64,000 nucleotides of DNA from Minisyncoccia bacterium (GTDB lineage Bacteria > Patescibacteriota > Minisyncoccia > Phycocordibacterales > CAIZLB01): the NCBI GenBank assembly GCA_041752275.1, contig JBGSHK010000015.1:64641-128640 (forward strand), written 5' to 3'. A model generated the notes under the pieces. That model did no database searches, had not been told where the DNA came from, and was given only the letters and a program-made list of their open reading frames with translations. Position 1 is the first letter of the stretch, and the number at the start of each line of letters is the position of its first letter. Both the position numbers and the translations under genes were made by a program. This document shows positions 1 through 10,315 of the stretch, in pieces.

Positions 1-249
1 TATAATCATATTTTCAGCACAAATAGGACCGTGATCATGTTCTATCTTATCTACAATATCCCTAGATAGTATTAATGGTCTTTTTTTACCATCATAAGAT
101 ACCCGATCTGGAACAGATCCTATGATTTCTAAGTAACTTTCTTTATCTAAAAGCTTTTTTAATCTTTTATAGTATTTCTTTTCTTTATTATTTAAACTTT
201 TAAGTTGTTTTGATATAAATAAGGATTTTTTTATTTTTATGATTTTCAT
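1..249 (-). CDS. hypothetical protein, N-terminal part (start codon at 249; C-terminus lies beyond window start)
   Basis: Minus-strand ORF runs from ATG at 247-249 to the window edge without a stop; it is lysine-rich with no recognisable motif. Confidence 0.3.
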   Translation of the reverse strand, partial: MKIIKIKKSLFISKQLKSLNNKEKKYYKRLKKLLDKESYLEIIGSVPDRVSYDGKKRPLILSRDIVDKIEHDHGPICAENMII

Positions 250-517
250 AACAATATTTTATATAAAACAGGATAAAATTTTGATAAAGAAAAAATAAAG
301 AAATGGTAAATATTTAATAAATAAATGATTGATAAAAATAATCATATATTATATGTGTTGTTTTAAAAATATAATAAACATAGTCACAAATATAAGTGTT
401 TTACGCTGTCGTTTAAGGTATATTCAGGTATAAAAAGATTGACTTTTATACTCAAATATGGTAATATATAAACATAAGCTCGGTAATGTAACCGAACTAA
501 TCAAACAAAACCAAATC

Positions 518-769
518 ATGAAAACGATCAAAATTCTAAGTCTCGGTCTTCTTGCCATTTTAACCTTAAATTCCTGTGGGACCATTGATATACCGGTTTA
601 TCACAGCGTTGGCGTTGAATATAACCGTCCATATTATCAACAAAATCGATATAATCAAAATAACGGAAACTATTGTGGTGGTCAGTACGACCACAGAGAA
701 GTTGTCCAGATCGGCGACCCTCGAAGGAGAGCCTATGGAAACGGACTGCAAACTTATGCCGGGTGGTGA
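518..769 (+). CDS. small lipoprotein (signal peptide + lipobox)
   Basis: Internal Met of ORF 458-769 gives MKTIKILSLGLLAILTLNSCG, a signal peptide with an LNSC lipobox; the mature part is Tyr/Asn/Gln-rich; local GC is above the window average. Confidence 0.4.
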   Translation: MKTIKILSLGLLAILTLNSCGTIDIPVYHSVGVEYNRPYYQQNRYNQNNGNYCGGQYDHREVVQIGDPRRRAYGNGLQTYAGW

Positions 770-869
770 TAACCAAGGATTTATTACAATCCTTAATTTA
801 CCCGCTCAAAAGACCGATCCCGCACACAGCAGGACCGGTCTCTTTTTTTTACTTCTAAAGTGAAAACAA

Positions 870-905
870 AAATAAGTCCTTATTTCTTGAAGGACTTATT
901 TTTGT
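870..905. terminator. bidirectional rho-independent terminator between convergent genes
   Basis: Hairpin aagtcct-tatttcttga-aggactt with an A-run before and a T-run after, sitting between the lipoprotein (+) and ftsX (-). Confidence 0.5.
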
Positions 906-997
906 TTGAGCTTTATATTTTTTATGCTTTTTTAGCTTCTCAATCTGAGTAAAATAAAATTCATCCTTTCTTTGGATGATATTTTATTTTACGAAGA

Positions 998-1924
998 TTA
1001 CACCTTCAAATATTTCTTAATAGCCAAGAATGATGATATAGAGCCTAAGACAGAACCTAAAACAATAAGCATAAGTGTTATACTAAAAATATTTTGAGTA
1101 AAGAAACTAAACAAGTTTACACCTGTACCTAACTTTTCTGTCCAGTTACCTGCATAATGCGTTATTGGTAGCAATATAAGAGCGGTAACAATTGCACCTA
1201 CCAAACCATACAATATACCCACAGTGACAAAAGGTGCACGTATATATGTCTCACTAGCTCCAACTAAACGCATAACAGAAACTTCTTCACGGAATATATA
1301 GATAGCAAGTCTAACCGTATTGAAAGTTATAAGTATAGAAACTATAGCGAAGAATATTACAATAAGTAGACCTAATCTGTTTGAAGCATTAATAATTCTG
1401 TTTAAAGAGGCTATAGCTTGTTGATTTTTTTCGGTATAGTTTATTTTATCTATAATATTGTTTTCACCCAAAGCACTTTCTTTATCTTTTAAAAATGTAA
1501 CTATGGTGTCGTACTTGTTTGGATCTGCAGCCTTTACATTTATACTTGCAGGCAATGGGTTATCACCTATCTCAGTTAAAGCTTGTATTGTAGCTTCGTT
1601 ATCTTTATGTCTCTCTTTAAAGTTTTGATATGCTTGATCTTGAGATATGTATTTTACATCTGCTATATCGGGGTTTTTCTTAACATCGTTTGCAAAAGCG
1701 AGTATTGCATCCTCTGTAGCTCCTTTTGTAAAATATATATCTACATCTACTTTGTTTTTTATAGTTTCAAGTGTTGATGATAAAACTACACCTGAAAACA
1801 AAACCATAGTTATAACCGTCAAAGTAACTGTAAGTATAAGTACCGATGCAAGAGAAACTGAACCGTTTCTATAAAAACTTATAACTCCTGATTTTATTGT
1901 TCTTTTTAATTTTGTAAGTATCAT
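998..1924 (-). CDS. ftsX: cell division permease FtsX
   Basis: 308 aa with one N-terminal TM, a large extracytoplasmic loop and 3 C-terminal TMs (FtsX topology); lies immediately downstream of ftsE. Confidence 0.8.
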   Translation of the reverse strand: MILTKLKRTIKSGVISFYRNGSVSLASVLILTVTLTVITMVLFSGVVLSSTLETIKNKVDVDIYFTKGATEDAILAFANDVKKNPDIADVKYISQDQAYQNFKERHKDNEATIQALTEIGDNPLPASINVKAADPNKYDTIVTFLKDKESALGENNIIDKINYTEKNQQAIASLNRIINASNRLGLLIVIFFAIVSILITFNTVRLAIYIFREEVSVMRLVGASETYIRAPFVTVGILYGLVGAIVTALILLPITHYAGNWTEKLGTGVNLFSFFTQNIFSITLMLIVLGSVLGSISSFLAIKKYLKV

Positions 1925-1963
1925 TATTTTTTTTATTTTATTTTTCTTATGTTTCTATGTAAA

Positions 1964-2644
1964 TTAGAGAATATATTTTCCCTCATGACTATCTAATGCA
2001 ACTTCCCCATCTTTTATAGTTATCACACGGCGACCCAAGTTATCTATAACTCCAACGTTGTGTGTAGTTAAAAGTATTGTAGTTCCGAGATCATTTACCT
2101 TTTTTAGAAGTTGTATGATCTCATATGTGTTTACAGGATCCAAGTTACCTGTTGGCTCGTCAGCTATAATCATGTCTGGCTGGTTAACTATAGCCCGTGC
2201 TATAGCTACACGTTGCTTCTCTCCACCAGAAAGTTCATCCGGAAAACTGTGCATCTTATGTTTTAAACCAACAAGATCAAGAGCGTGCGGTACATCGTTC
2301 TCTATCTCTTCATCTGCACGACCTGCAGCCTCCATAGCAAAAGCTACGTTTTCATAAGCTGTTTTATCTGGCAAAAGCCTAAAGTCTTGAAACACAGTTC
2401 CAACACGGCGACGATACTGATTTATATAACTTTTCTTTAACTCATGTATGTTAATATCTTCAAAAGTAACAGTACCTTCTGTTGGACCCTCCTCTGCCAA
2501 TATGAGCTTTAACAAAGTTGTTTTACCCGCACCGGAATGTCCGACAATAGATACAAATTCTTTTGGTTTTATATGTATGTTAATATTTTTTACAGCAACA
2601 TCTCCTGTATGATAAAGTTTTGTTACATCATTAAATTTAAGCAT
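1964..2644 (-). CDS. ftsE: cell division ATP-binding protein FtsE (ABC ATPase)
   Basis: Walker [16 protein letters not shown] signature [14 protein letters not shown], Walker B IIADEP and H-loop; 226 aa; forms an operon with ftsX. Confidence 0.85.
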   Translation of the reverse strand: MLKFNDVTKLYHTGDVAVKNINIHIKPKEFVSIVGHSGAGKTTLLKLILAEEGPTEGTVTFEDINIHELKKSYINQYRRRVGTVFQDFRLLPDKTAYENVAFAMEAAGRADEEIENDVPHALDLVGLKHKMHSFPDELSGGEKQRVAIARAIVNQPDMIIADEPTGNLDPVNTYEIIQLLKKVNDLGTTILLTTHNVGVIDNLGRRVITIKDGEVALDSHEGKYIL

Positions 2645-2707
2645 GTATTATATTATACAGTAATATTAAAAATTTATCTTGTTATTATTTAATTAAAATA
2701 ATAATTT

Positions 2708-2971
2708 TTATCTTCTAATATTATTTAAATCAAGACCTGATTCACTGATAAGTTTACCCAAATGATCCTTATGACTTTTCATAACATGCATAGTTGCCTC
2801 CATCTGCCCCTTACCTTTTTTAACTTCAGATTGTATCTCATCTCCTATACGTTTAAAAAACTCAGGATCTCTGTTTATAAGAGTCATGATTTTTTCTTGC
2901 TCTGCAGGAGATACTCCTTTAAGTTGTTTTTTTAATAATTGTTTTGTTAGAAATTCTTTAAAAAATGCCAT
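2708..2971 (-). CDS. hypothetical small charged protein
   Basis: 87-aa ORF with no recognisable motif, 4 nt downstream of the putative anti-sigma gene. Confidence 0.35.
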   Translation of the reverse strand: MAFFKEFLTKQLLKKQLKGVSPAEQEKIMTLINRDPEFFKRIGDEIQSEVKKGKGQMEATMHVMKSHKDHLGKLISESGLDLNNIRR

Positions 2972-2975
2972 ACCT

Positions 2976-3857
2976 TTATGGTAACAAAATAACCCTCAAG
3001 TCTGCAACTATACGGTCATATGATTGTAATGATATAACTGCGTTTTCAATATCACCTGCTTTTAAATGATCTTCTGACACAACTATACTCTTTTCAGCCT
3101 CTACTATAATATCTGTAGTTGATGCATTTTTCTCAAAATCTAATATGTCTTTTTTAGCAGCGATTATTCTATCCTCCACCTCTTTCTCTGTGCTAGTTGA
3201 TATGTTGTTTTTTTCTTTTCTTTCTATATCTACCCTCAAATCTATAGCACTAAAAACTTCTGACTCTACACTTGTTGAAACTTTATATAACTCATCAGCC
3301 TTAAGTGCAGACTCTAGATCAAGTGCTATCTTTTTAGCTTCTGTTATCTTGTCTTCACTTATAAGTGCCGCTACCTGATTTCTGATTTCACGTGAACGAG
3401 ATGATAGTTGGCTAGCCAGTATTTGAGTTTTAACATCTTTTTCAGCAACGTCCTCTGATGCCAAGTTTAGTTTTATCTCTTTTATATCAGCTTGATTTTT
3501 AGATAGATTTGATTTTATCTCATTGCTTCTCTTAAGTTGTTCAAGGTTAGACTTAACTTCGTTTATATCAGACAAAGCTATGCGAGATCTATCAGTGAAC
3601 ACACCTGCGGCTTGTGTACCTATAAATACTATAAGTAGAACTGGTATAGAGTATCTTAAGTATTGTGTGAAATATGTTTTATAAGTATAAAATGGAGACT
3701 TAACAGCTTCAACAACAACTTCTTTTGAAACATCTACTCTATCAAAAACAGATTTTAACATGTCTTTTTTTTCAGACACAGACAAAGACATAGATTCATT
3801 TGGTTTAAATGAACTCAATATGTTTTCTATTCTTTTGTCGTTAATAATGTTTTTCAT
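2976..3857 (-). CDS. membrane-anchored coiled-coil protein, putative anti-sigma factor
   Basis: 293 aa with a single TM (YSIPVLLIVFIGTQAAGVF); overlaps the upstream sigma-factor gene by 17 nt, an arrangement typical of ECF sigma/anti-sigma pairs. Confidence 0.3.
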   Translation of the reverse strand: MKNIINDKRIENILSSFKPNESMSLSVSEKKDMLKSVFDRVDVSKEVVVEAVKSPFYTYKTYFTQYLRYSIPVLLIVFIGTQAAGVFTDRSRIALSDINEVKSNLEQLKRSNEIKSNLSKNQADIKEIKLNLASEDVAEKDVKTQILASQLSSRSREIRNQVAALISEDKITEAKKIALDLESALKADELYKVSTSVESEVFSAIDLRVDIERKEKNNISTSTEKEVEDRIIAAKKDILDFEKNASTTDIIVEAEKSIVVSEDHLKAGDIENAVISLQSYDRIVADLRVILLP

Positions 3858-4413
3858 ATCTTTGTTTTAATTTTTCTAATATGCGGTGTATTTTCACTGC
3901 TATTGTGTTTTCTTTCTGCCCTGTTATCTCAGATATGTCTGTTAAACTCAAACCTTCAATAAATCTCATATATACAAGTTCTTGAGCGTCAAGATCTAAA
4001 CTTTTCAAAGACTTCAATACTTCTTTATAGTCTATATCAATACTGGTGTTGTGTGATACATCTTCATCAGATGAATACTCATATCCAGCATCAACAAGTT
4101 CGTCCAAAGACTGACTCTGCTTTTTTCTGTAATGATCGATAATAGTGTTTCTGATTGTTTTAAATAAGAAGGCTTTATGATTGAAATCAATCTCACCTTC
4201 ATTTTCAAGACTGTCAGTTAGATACTTGAAGTATTTGAAGTATACATCTTGTACTATGTCTATCGCTTTATCTTTATCACTTACCCTAAAGTATGTGAAT
4301 CGATATAGTTGATCTATATGCTCGTTGTATATATTTTCAAAGTGACTGTTAAACTCGCTTTTTGAAAGAGATTTTAAGGCTGTATTTGTGTTGAACATAA
4401 TATCTTCTTTCAT
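3841..4413 (-). CDS. RNA polymerase sigma factor, sigma-70/ECF family
   Basis: 190 aa; region-2-like segment (DIVQDVYFKYFKY) and a C-terminal region-4 HTH (LSLTDISEITGQKENTIAVKIHRILEKLKQ). Confidence 0.7.
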   Translation of the reverse strand: MKEDIMFNTNTALKSLSKSEFNSHFENIYNEHIDQLYRFTYFRVSDKDKAIDIVQDVYFKYFKYLTDSLENEGEIDFNHKAFLFKTIRNTIIDHYRKKQSQSLDELVDAGYEYSSDEDVSHNTSIDIDYKEVLKSLKSLDLDAQELVYMRFIEGLSLTDISEITGQKENTIAVKIHRILEKLKQRYEKHY

Positions 4414-4574
4414 AGTATTAAACGTATAGGATAGGCTTATATTACAAGATTATAATAATAATTAACGAGATAAATAAGTTATCAAGGACAAAGAAACTAT
4501 GAGTATAGTTATAAAGACAGTTATAAGTTTTATCGATTCTTTATCTAACATATTGTTTATACCATTATAACACA

Positions 4575-4598
4575 AAAACCACCCGTTGGGGTGGTTTT
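4575..4598. terminator. rho-independent terminator (perfect palindrome aaaaccaccc-gttg-gggtggtttt)
   Basis: GC-rich hairpin flanked by A- and T-runs, 45 nt downstream of the 599-aa minus-strand gene. Confidence 0.6.
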
Positions 4599-4643
4599 TG
4601 TTAAGCTTAGGCTCGGGCTTTATTCTAAAGTAATCGGTTAAGA

Positions 4644-6443
4644 TTATTTGTTGAATACTGCTGAGTTATCACTATCAAATGGTTCAAATCCACCAGGTAG
4701 TGTAAACCATGTAGCACCTGTGGCTGTTGCATATCTTACACTTTGTACAAACGCTTTAAGGTTTGTTGTAGAAGTGATTGAAGTTGATGCAAATGTAGCA
4801 GAAAGTGTTACAGCTTTTGTAGCTCCGTCAGCAAAGTATGTTAGACCAGATTCATTTGGTGTAACGTTTACTGAAGTTGTAGCAACTATAGCGTTTGTTG
4901 AAGCGTTTTTAAGACCAATAACCGCTGTTGTTGAGGCAGTCAATATGTCTGCTCCAGAAGCTGTTAGATTAAGTCTTATATCAGCTGTAGCTGAAACTCC
5001 AACTCCGTTTTGATTACTTGTTACTGAAACTGTAGATGATGTTTTTGTAAACATTGGAACTACAGTAGCAAAGAAGTGAGCAGGACCTGTAACTGTTGTA
5101 GATACAGTTGCTGATGCACCATCTGCTTTTTCAAATATAACTGAAGTTACACTTGTAGTAACTAGAGAACCTTGAACTGTTGTAGCTGGCATATCAGCTT
5201 TAACTGTAAATGTTACATTTTGATCTTCATTAACCATTACATTTGAGTTTTCAATGTCAAATGATACAACACCTGTTCCTGGAGTAACTGTTCTAGAATC
5301 TAGAAGAGTTGAACCTTGGTATAGGTATAGGTTTGAAGGCATAGTTCCTCCTGTTGAAGTAGCAGCTGTTACGTTAACAGTTCTGATTTTTGAAGGACCT
5401 TGTTCTGATTTGATAGCAAATGTTGATGTAAGAACTTTTTCAGCTCCGTTTGTCAAAGGATTTACTCTGTAATTCATTGAATATAAAGTTGTAGCATCTG
5501 ATTTAAGTAACAATGATGAGTTACCAGGTTTTTTGAACACGTGTGTTCTATTACCTACTGCTGTACTATTGTATGTACTTATACCTCTTCCGTCTACAAC
5601 TCTAGCTCCGTTTGTAGCAACGTCTATAGATACAGTTCTTGATGTATCAATTGAGTTTGTATTAAAGTGTACTGTAAATGTTTTTATAGTATCTTTAGCA
5701 ACTCTTGTTGATAGACCTGAGATTTGTACGTAATAGTTGTTTGTACCAGTATATCTTGAGAAAGTTGAAGTGTTAACAGGGATTGTTGCCAATACTGTTG
5801 AACCATCTTTAACAGAGATACTATTTATAAGAGTAGCTGGGTTCTCATTTGTTGAACCGTTTAATACAGCAACATCAAGAGTTAATCTCTCGAATGAGAT
5901 ATCAGCATTTTTAGCTTTAACCTCTACACCGTATACAGCAACATCGTTTGAAACTTGTACGTTTGTATTGTTAACTGGTGATGGAGAAAGTCTGTATTCA
6001 CCAAATCCTTCCATTCCGTTCAACACTGGTGTTGTAGGGTTTGTTGTTACACAAGGAGCTCCAGTTGTACTACTGAACATAGCGCCAGTTGTACATCCAG
6101 GAGTTGTAGAAGGAGTTGTAGGAGTTGTTCCACCGTTATTAACGATAGTACTGTTGTTTACTGAAGTTCTAGTCATAGGACCAAAGTATCCAACTGCTGG
6201 GGCGATGCCTTTAGCAGTTTGATAAGCCATAACTGCAGATTTAGTTACACCTCCGAAGTATCCAGTAGATCCTCCTGAGAATGTAAAGTGACCTGTAGCA
6301 GTTAGGAAATCTTGAAGTGCAGTAACATCTGCTCCTCTTGATCCCATAGTTAAGTTTTGATTAAATTGATAGCTTGATGCTGATGCACTTACAGAAACTG
6401 CAAGAGCAAGAGCAACGATAGCTGTTTTAAATATTGTTTTCAT
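4644..6443 (-). CDS. secreted Thr/Ser-rich surface protein with N-terminal peptidoglycan-binding (PG_binding_1-like) domain
   Basis: Signal peptide MKTIFKTAIVALALAVSVSASA; a PG-binding-like motif (GSRGADVTALQDFLTATGHF...GYFGGVTKSAVMAYQTAKGI) followed by ~500 aa of low-complexity T/S/N/V-rich sequence. Confidence 0.55.
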   Translation of the reverse strand: MKTIFKTAIVALALAVSVSASASSYQFNQNLTMGSRGADVTALQDFLTATGHFTFSGGSTGYFGGVTKSAVMAYQTAKGIAPAVGYFGPMTRTSVNNSTIVNNGGTTPTTPSTTPGCTTGAMFSSTTGAPCVTTNPTTPVLNGMEGFGEYRLSPSPVNNTNVQVSNDVAVYGVEVKAKNADISFERLTLDVAVLNGSTNENPATLINSISVKDGSTVLATIPVNTSTFSRYTGTNNYYVQISGLSTRVAKDTIKTFTVHFNTNSIDTSRTVSIDVATNGARVVDGRGISTYNSTAVGNRTHVFKKPGNSSLLLKSDATTLYSMNYRVNPLTNGAEKVLTSTFAIKSEQGPSKIRTVNVTAATSTGGTMPSNLYLYQGSTLLDSRTVTPGTGVVSFDIENSNVMVNEDQNVTFTVKADMPATTVQGSLVTTSVTSVIFEKADGASATVSTTVTGPAHFFATVVPMFTKTSSTVSVTSNQNGVGVSATADIRLNLTASGADILTASTTAVIGLKNASTNAIVATTSVNVTPNESGLTYFADGATKAVTLSATFASTSITSTTNLKAFVQSVRYATATGATWFTLPGGFEPFDSDNSAVFNK

Positions 6444-6689
6444 AATAAATTTGATTTAAAAGAAATATGCTTTAAGTGTCTGTTATTAATAATAAATGAT
6501 AATTGTCAGACGCATATTCCTCGGGCTAAATCTTTGTGAACCCGTCTTGACTATCTATATAAGATATCCAAAACGGACTACAAAAACCAACCTGTACCTA
6601 TACAAACGTATAGACCCTTTAAATATTACAATTTTAAGCGTAATGGGTCAAAACCTTTATATGTCTCATACAATAGCACATAAAGGACA

Positions 6690-7388
6690 TTATTTCAATG
6701 AGTATTTGCTCCATCGTCTTTCCCCTGTCTTTTTGAGTGTTCCTGATAGAACAAGAGATGTTAACTCTCTTTGTATAGTCTTTGAACTTATACCTTTTAT
6801 AGACTCTATAAACTCATTTATAGTTACCGCCCCGCGAGCCCTTACTATCTCCAATATCTTCTTTCTTCTCGATCCTATGTCCATAGATATGTTGTTTATT
6901 GTCTTTATGTTCTGAGTATTGTTGTTTATAGTTATATTGGACACCTTTTTCTCAACCTTATCTTCAACAATGAACTCTGCAATTTCTTTATTTTCTATAA
7001 CCATAGGCTTATGGACCTCTCCTGCTGTGTTATTTTCTATATTTAAAACCTTATCTATATATACCTCCTTTCTGTCTTCTGTTTTAGTTAGCTCATGCAA
7101 CTGATTATTGATAGCATTTATTAATAGCTCTGCATTCATCTGTGTTATCAAGTCTATATCACGAGAAAGCTTTATAAGTGAATTTAGTTTCAAAAAACTG
7201 TCTTTTTTATCTGTCTTTTCAACACAAATCACAGCAATTCTTCTTAGAGACATCTTTAAAGGTTCATCCGGCGCAAACAAATCCGTAACTAAATAAATCG
7301 CCTTCGAAATAGCTTCGACTTGAACCTGTCTTTTAATAACCAACTCTGTGTGACCGCTTGATTGATTGTTGTTATTTATACTGTCCAT
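6690..7388 (-). CDS. putative transcriptional regulator with C-terminal winged-helix (DeoR-type) HTH
   Basis: The C-terminus RRKKILEIVRARGAVTINEFIESIKGISSKTIQRELTSLVLSGTLKKTGERRW resembles a DeoR-type HTH; the gene is divergent from ftsK. Start chosen at MDSINNNN. Confidence 0.4.
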   Translation of the reverse strand: MDSINNNNQSSGHTELVIKRQVQVEAISKAIYLVTDLFAPDEPLKMSLRRIAVICVEKTDKKDSFLKLNSLIKLSRDIDLITQMNAELLINAINNQLHELTKTEDRKEVYIDKVLNIENNTAGEVHKPMVIENKEIAEFIVEDKVEKKVSNITINNNTQNIKTINNISMDIGSRRKKILEIVRARGAVTINEFIESIKGISSKTIQRELTSLVLSGTLKKTGERRWSKYSLK

Positions 7389-7457
7389 TAAGTTGCAGTA
7401 TATATAAGACAAGTAAAAATGCAAGTGTAAAATCGAAGTCATGATAAAATAGACAAT

Positions 7458-9821
7458 ATGTCTAAAAAGAACACAAGAAAATACACAAAAAGAAATATTA
7501 AAGATAATGTCCCAGAAGAGGCTAAAGGCTTTATCGGTAAAGGTTTTTTAAGTGGTATAAGACAAACGTTTATACCCAACGATTCATATGTAAAGAACAC
7601 AGTACTCTCACTTGTCTTTTTTGTATTATTTTTATTTTTTAGTTTATCAGCTATTGGTTTAGGTGGATCATTTGGCAGATTTACATATAAAAGTTTCTCA
7701 TATTTATTTGGTTATGGATATTATCTACTTCCTTTACTTTTTCTAATACAATCATACTTTTATGCAATACATAAAGAAAGCAACTCTTTTGCCAAAACTA
7801 AAATAATATTTTCTATACTATTAATAATATCTGTACTGGGAATACTAGAATTATCTGTATTAAATGCAGGTGGTGCTTTAGGGGGTATAATATCAATTCC
7901 AATACTAAACCTTTTTGACACTGTCTTAAGTTATATATTTTTAACAGCAGTGGCTTTTGTATCTTTAATTATATTATTTGAATATTCATTTAATATTAAA
8001 AAAACAAATAATGAGAATGATATCGAGGGGGCGGAAGATGTTGACAGTGATAAAGCTGAAGATAAATCTGTAAAAGACAGAAAGATGAAAATAATAGGTG
8101 CCGATATGGATAATGAAAATGTAAAAGACATAAAAAAAGATGTCTTAAAAGACAATAAAAAACCTAGTGAAATAAAGCTAGAAAAAGAAATGTCTGATAT
8201 AAACAACAGTCTTATAAAATCAAACACTATGACTTTAACAGGTAAAGAATACACTCCTCCTCCTTTATCTTTACTTGAAAGAGATAAAGGTAAACCAGAA
8301 GTTGGTGATATAAAAGCCAACGCAAACATTATAAAAAGAACACTTCAAAACTTTGGTGTACAAGTAGAAATGGACGAAATATCTGTCGGACCTTCTATAA
8401 CTAGATATGCCCTTAAGCCAGCTGAAGGAGTGAAGCTTTCAAAAATACTCGGGCTTCAAAACAACTTATCTCTCGCCCTAGCAGCGCACCCTATACGTAT
8501 AGAAGCCCCTATTCCCGGTAAGTCTCTTGTTGGTATAGAAGTACCAAACTCAACAAAAACTATGGTTGGTTTAGGTTCATTACTTTCACAACCTGAGTAT
8601 CAAAACTCACCAGACCCTCTACTCATAGCACTCGGTAAAGGTGTGTCAGGAAAAATGTATTATGAAAACCTTGCAAAGATGCCTCATGCTCTTATTGCTG
8701 GTACAACAGGTTCAGGAAAGTCAGTTATGATACACAATGTTGTTACTTCTTTATTATACAAGAACTCACCTGAAAACTTGAGATTTATTTTCATAGATCC
8801 TAAGCGAGTTGAGTTAACACTATATAACAAAATCCCCCACCTTTTAACACCAGTTATAACTGATCCAAAGAAGGCTATACTTGCACTAAAATGGGCAGGA
8901 AAAGAAATGAGTCGTAGATATGACATATTGGAAAAACACTCAGTTCAAAACATAGATTCATATCATAAAAACATATTAGCACCAGCTGTTGAAGAATTTA
9001 AAAAGTCCGGAAAAACTGATGACAGTAAAAATGATCTTCCTGATGCTATGCCATATATAGTTATCATTATCGATGAGTTGGCAGACATCATGCAAGCATA
9101 TCCTCGTGAACTTGAGTCAGGTATAGTACGCCTTGCGCAAATGTCTCGTGCCGTTGGTATACATCTTATACTTTCAACACAAAGACCGTCAGTGAACGTG
9201 ATAACCGGTCTAATCAAAGCCAACATTCCGACCCGTATAGCTCTTCAAGTTGCCTCTCAAATAGACTCTAGAACCATCTTGGATGCCCGTGGAGCAGAAG
9301 AATTACTAGGATCTGGAGATATGTTGTTCTTAACAGGAAGAATGTCTAGTGCTCAACGTGTTCAATCCCCTAACATCACAGAGGCTGAGACTAAAAAAAT
9401 AGTTAAATATCTAGTAGATAACATGGATTATATACCCGATACTATACAGCTTGGACCCCAAGAACAACAAGAAAACTCTGGCACAAACGCCATTTTTGCA
9501 TCTGCTTTTAACACAGGAGGTATGGAAGATGATGATATGGATGACGATGATGACTTGTATGAAGATGCAAAAGCCGCTGTTATAGAAGCAAAAAAAGCCT
9601 CAACTTCATATCTTCAAAGAAAACTGAGGGTTGGATACTCACGTGCAGCTCGTCTTATGGATATACTTGAAAAAAGAGGTGTTGTTGGACCTGCTGATGG
9701 CGCAAAACCAAGAGAAATACTTTTAGCCGACACAAATACTCAAAATGATCAATCTATAGAAACTGACACCGAAACAGAAAATACTTTAGAAAACCCTAAA
9801 AAAACTGACGGTCAAAGCTAA
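7458..9821 (+). CDS. ftsK: DNA translocase FtsK/SpoIIIE
   Basis: N-terminal TM segments, a long charged linker, a motor domain with Walker A GTTGSGKSV and Walker B IIIDELAD, and a C-terminal gamma winged-helix (YLQRKLRVGYSRAARLMDILEKRGVVGP). Confidence 0.85.
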   Translation: MSKKNTRKYTKRNIKDNVPEEAKGFIGKGFLSGIRQTFIPNDSYVKNTVLSLVFFVLFLFFSLSAIGLGGSFGRFTYKSFSYLFGYGYYLLPLLFLIQSYFYAIHKESNSFAKTKIIFSILLIISVLGILELSVLNAGGALGGIISIPILNLFDTVLSYIFLTAVAFVSLIILFEYSFNIKKTNNENDIEGAEDVDSDKAEDKSVKDRKMKIIGADMDNENVKDIKKDVLKDNKKPSEIKLEKEMSDINNSLIKSNTMTLTGKEYTPPPLSLLERDKGKPEVGDIKANANIIKRTLQNFGVQVEMDEISVGPSITRYALKPAEGVKLSKILGLQNNLSLALAAHPIRIEAPIPGKSLVGIEVPNSTKTMVGLGSLLSQPEYQNSPDPLLIALGKGVSGKMYYENLAKMPHALIAGTTGSGKSVMIHNVVTSLLYKNSPENLRFIFIDPKRVELTLYNKIPHLLTPVITDPKKAILALKWAGKEMSRRYDILEKHSVQNIDSYHKNILAPAVEEFKKSGKTDDSKNDLPDAMPYIVIIIDELADIMQAYPRELESGIVRLAQMSRAVGIHLILSTQRPSVNVITGLIKANIPTRIALQVASQIDSRTILDARGAEELLGSGDMLFLTGRMSSAQRVQSPNITEAETKKIVKYLVDNMDYIPDTIQLGPQEQQENSGTNAIFASAFNTGGMEDDDMDDDDDLYEDAKAAVIEAKKASTSYLQRKLRVGYSRAARLMDILEKRGVVGPADGAKPREILLADTNTQNDQSIETDTETENTLENPKKTDGQS

Positions 9822-9879
9822 AAAGTGGTATAATTAATTTATAAAATCTTTAAAATAATTTTAAATAAAATAATATAAT

Positions 9880-10281
9880 ATGACACTTGGATATACAGAC
9901 GGCAAAACCAAAATAAAAGTATTTTTATTAATATTTGGATTGATAAGTATATCCACACTCACAGTTTTTGAGTTAAGAAAAGTTATAGCGGGACCTAAAC
10001 TTATATTGAACTGTTCTGAAAGTATAGACAAAAAAAATGATTGCGGTTATATACAAAGTGATGAAAACATATACAAAATATCAGGAAAAACTAAAAATGT
10101 ATCTAATATAATTATAGGTGATAGGAAAATATATATAGATACAGAAGGAAATTTTCAGGAAGATATAGTACTCTACCCTGGTACAAATCTATTAACAATA
10201 AAATCAACTGACAGATTTGGTAAAGAAGTCAAGAAAGATATTAGTATATACTATAGTGGTAAGCTAAGTATCTCAAAATAA
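9880..10281 (+). CDS. hypothetical membrane-anchored protein
   Basis: 133 aa with an N-terminal TM (VFLLIFGLISISTLTVF); no recognisable motif. Confidence 0.35.
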   Translation: MTLGYTDGKTKIKVFLLIFGLISISTLTVFELRKVIAGPKLILNCSESIDKKNDCGYIQSDENIYKISGKTKNVSNIIIGDRKIYIDTEGNFQEDIVLYPGTNLLTIKSTDRFGKEVKKDISIYYSGKLSISK

Positions 10282-10315
10282 TTATAAAAGTTAATAAATA
10301 ATACAAAAATACAAT

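Noticed and set aside
528-863. Overlapping small ORFs on both strands inside or opposite the lipoprotein gene (528-776 -, 566-751 -, 576-863 +, 673-858 +).
   Set aside because: They are mutually exclusive frame and antisense shadows of one GC-richer coding segment. Only the frame with signal peptide plus lipobox (518-769 +) has protein-like features.
4648-6222. Plus-strand ORFs of 66-161 aa antisense to the 599-aa surface protein gene, and similar antisense ORFs inside ftsK, recA, metG, ileS, argS, fusA and others.
   Set aside because: They lie entirely within well-supported genes on the opposite strand. Their low-complexity compositions are typical of antisense read-through, and they have no motifs.
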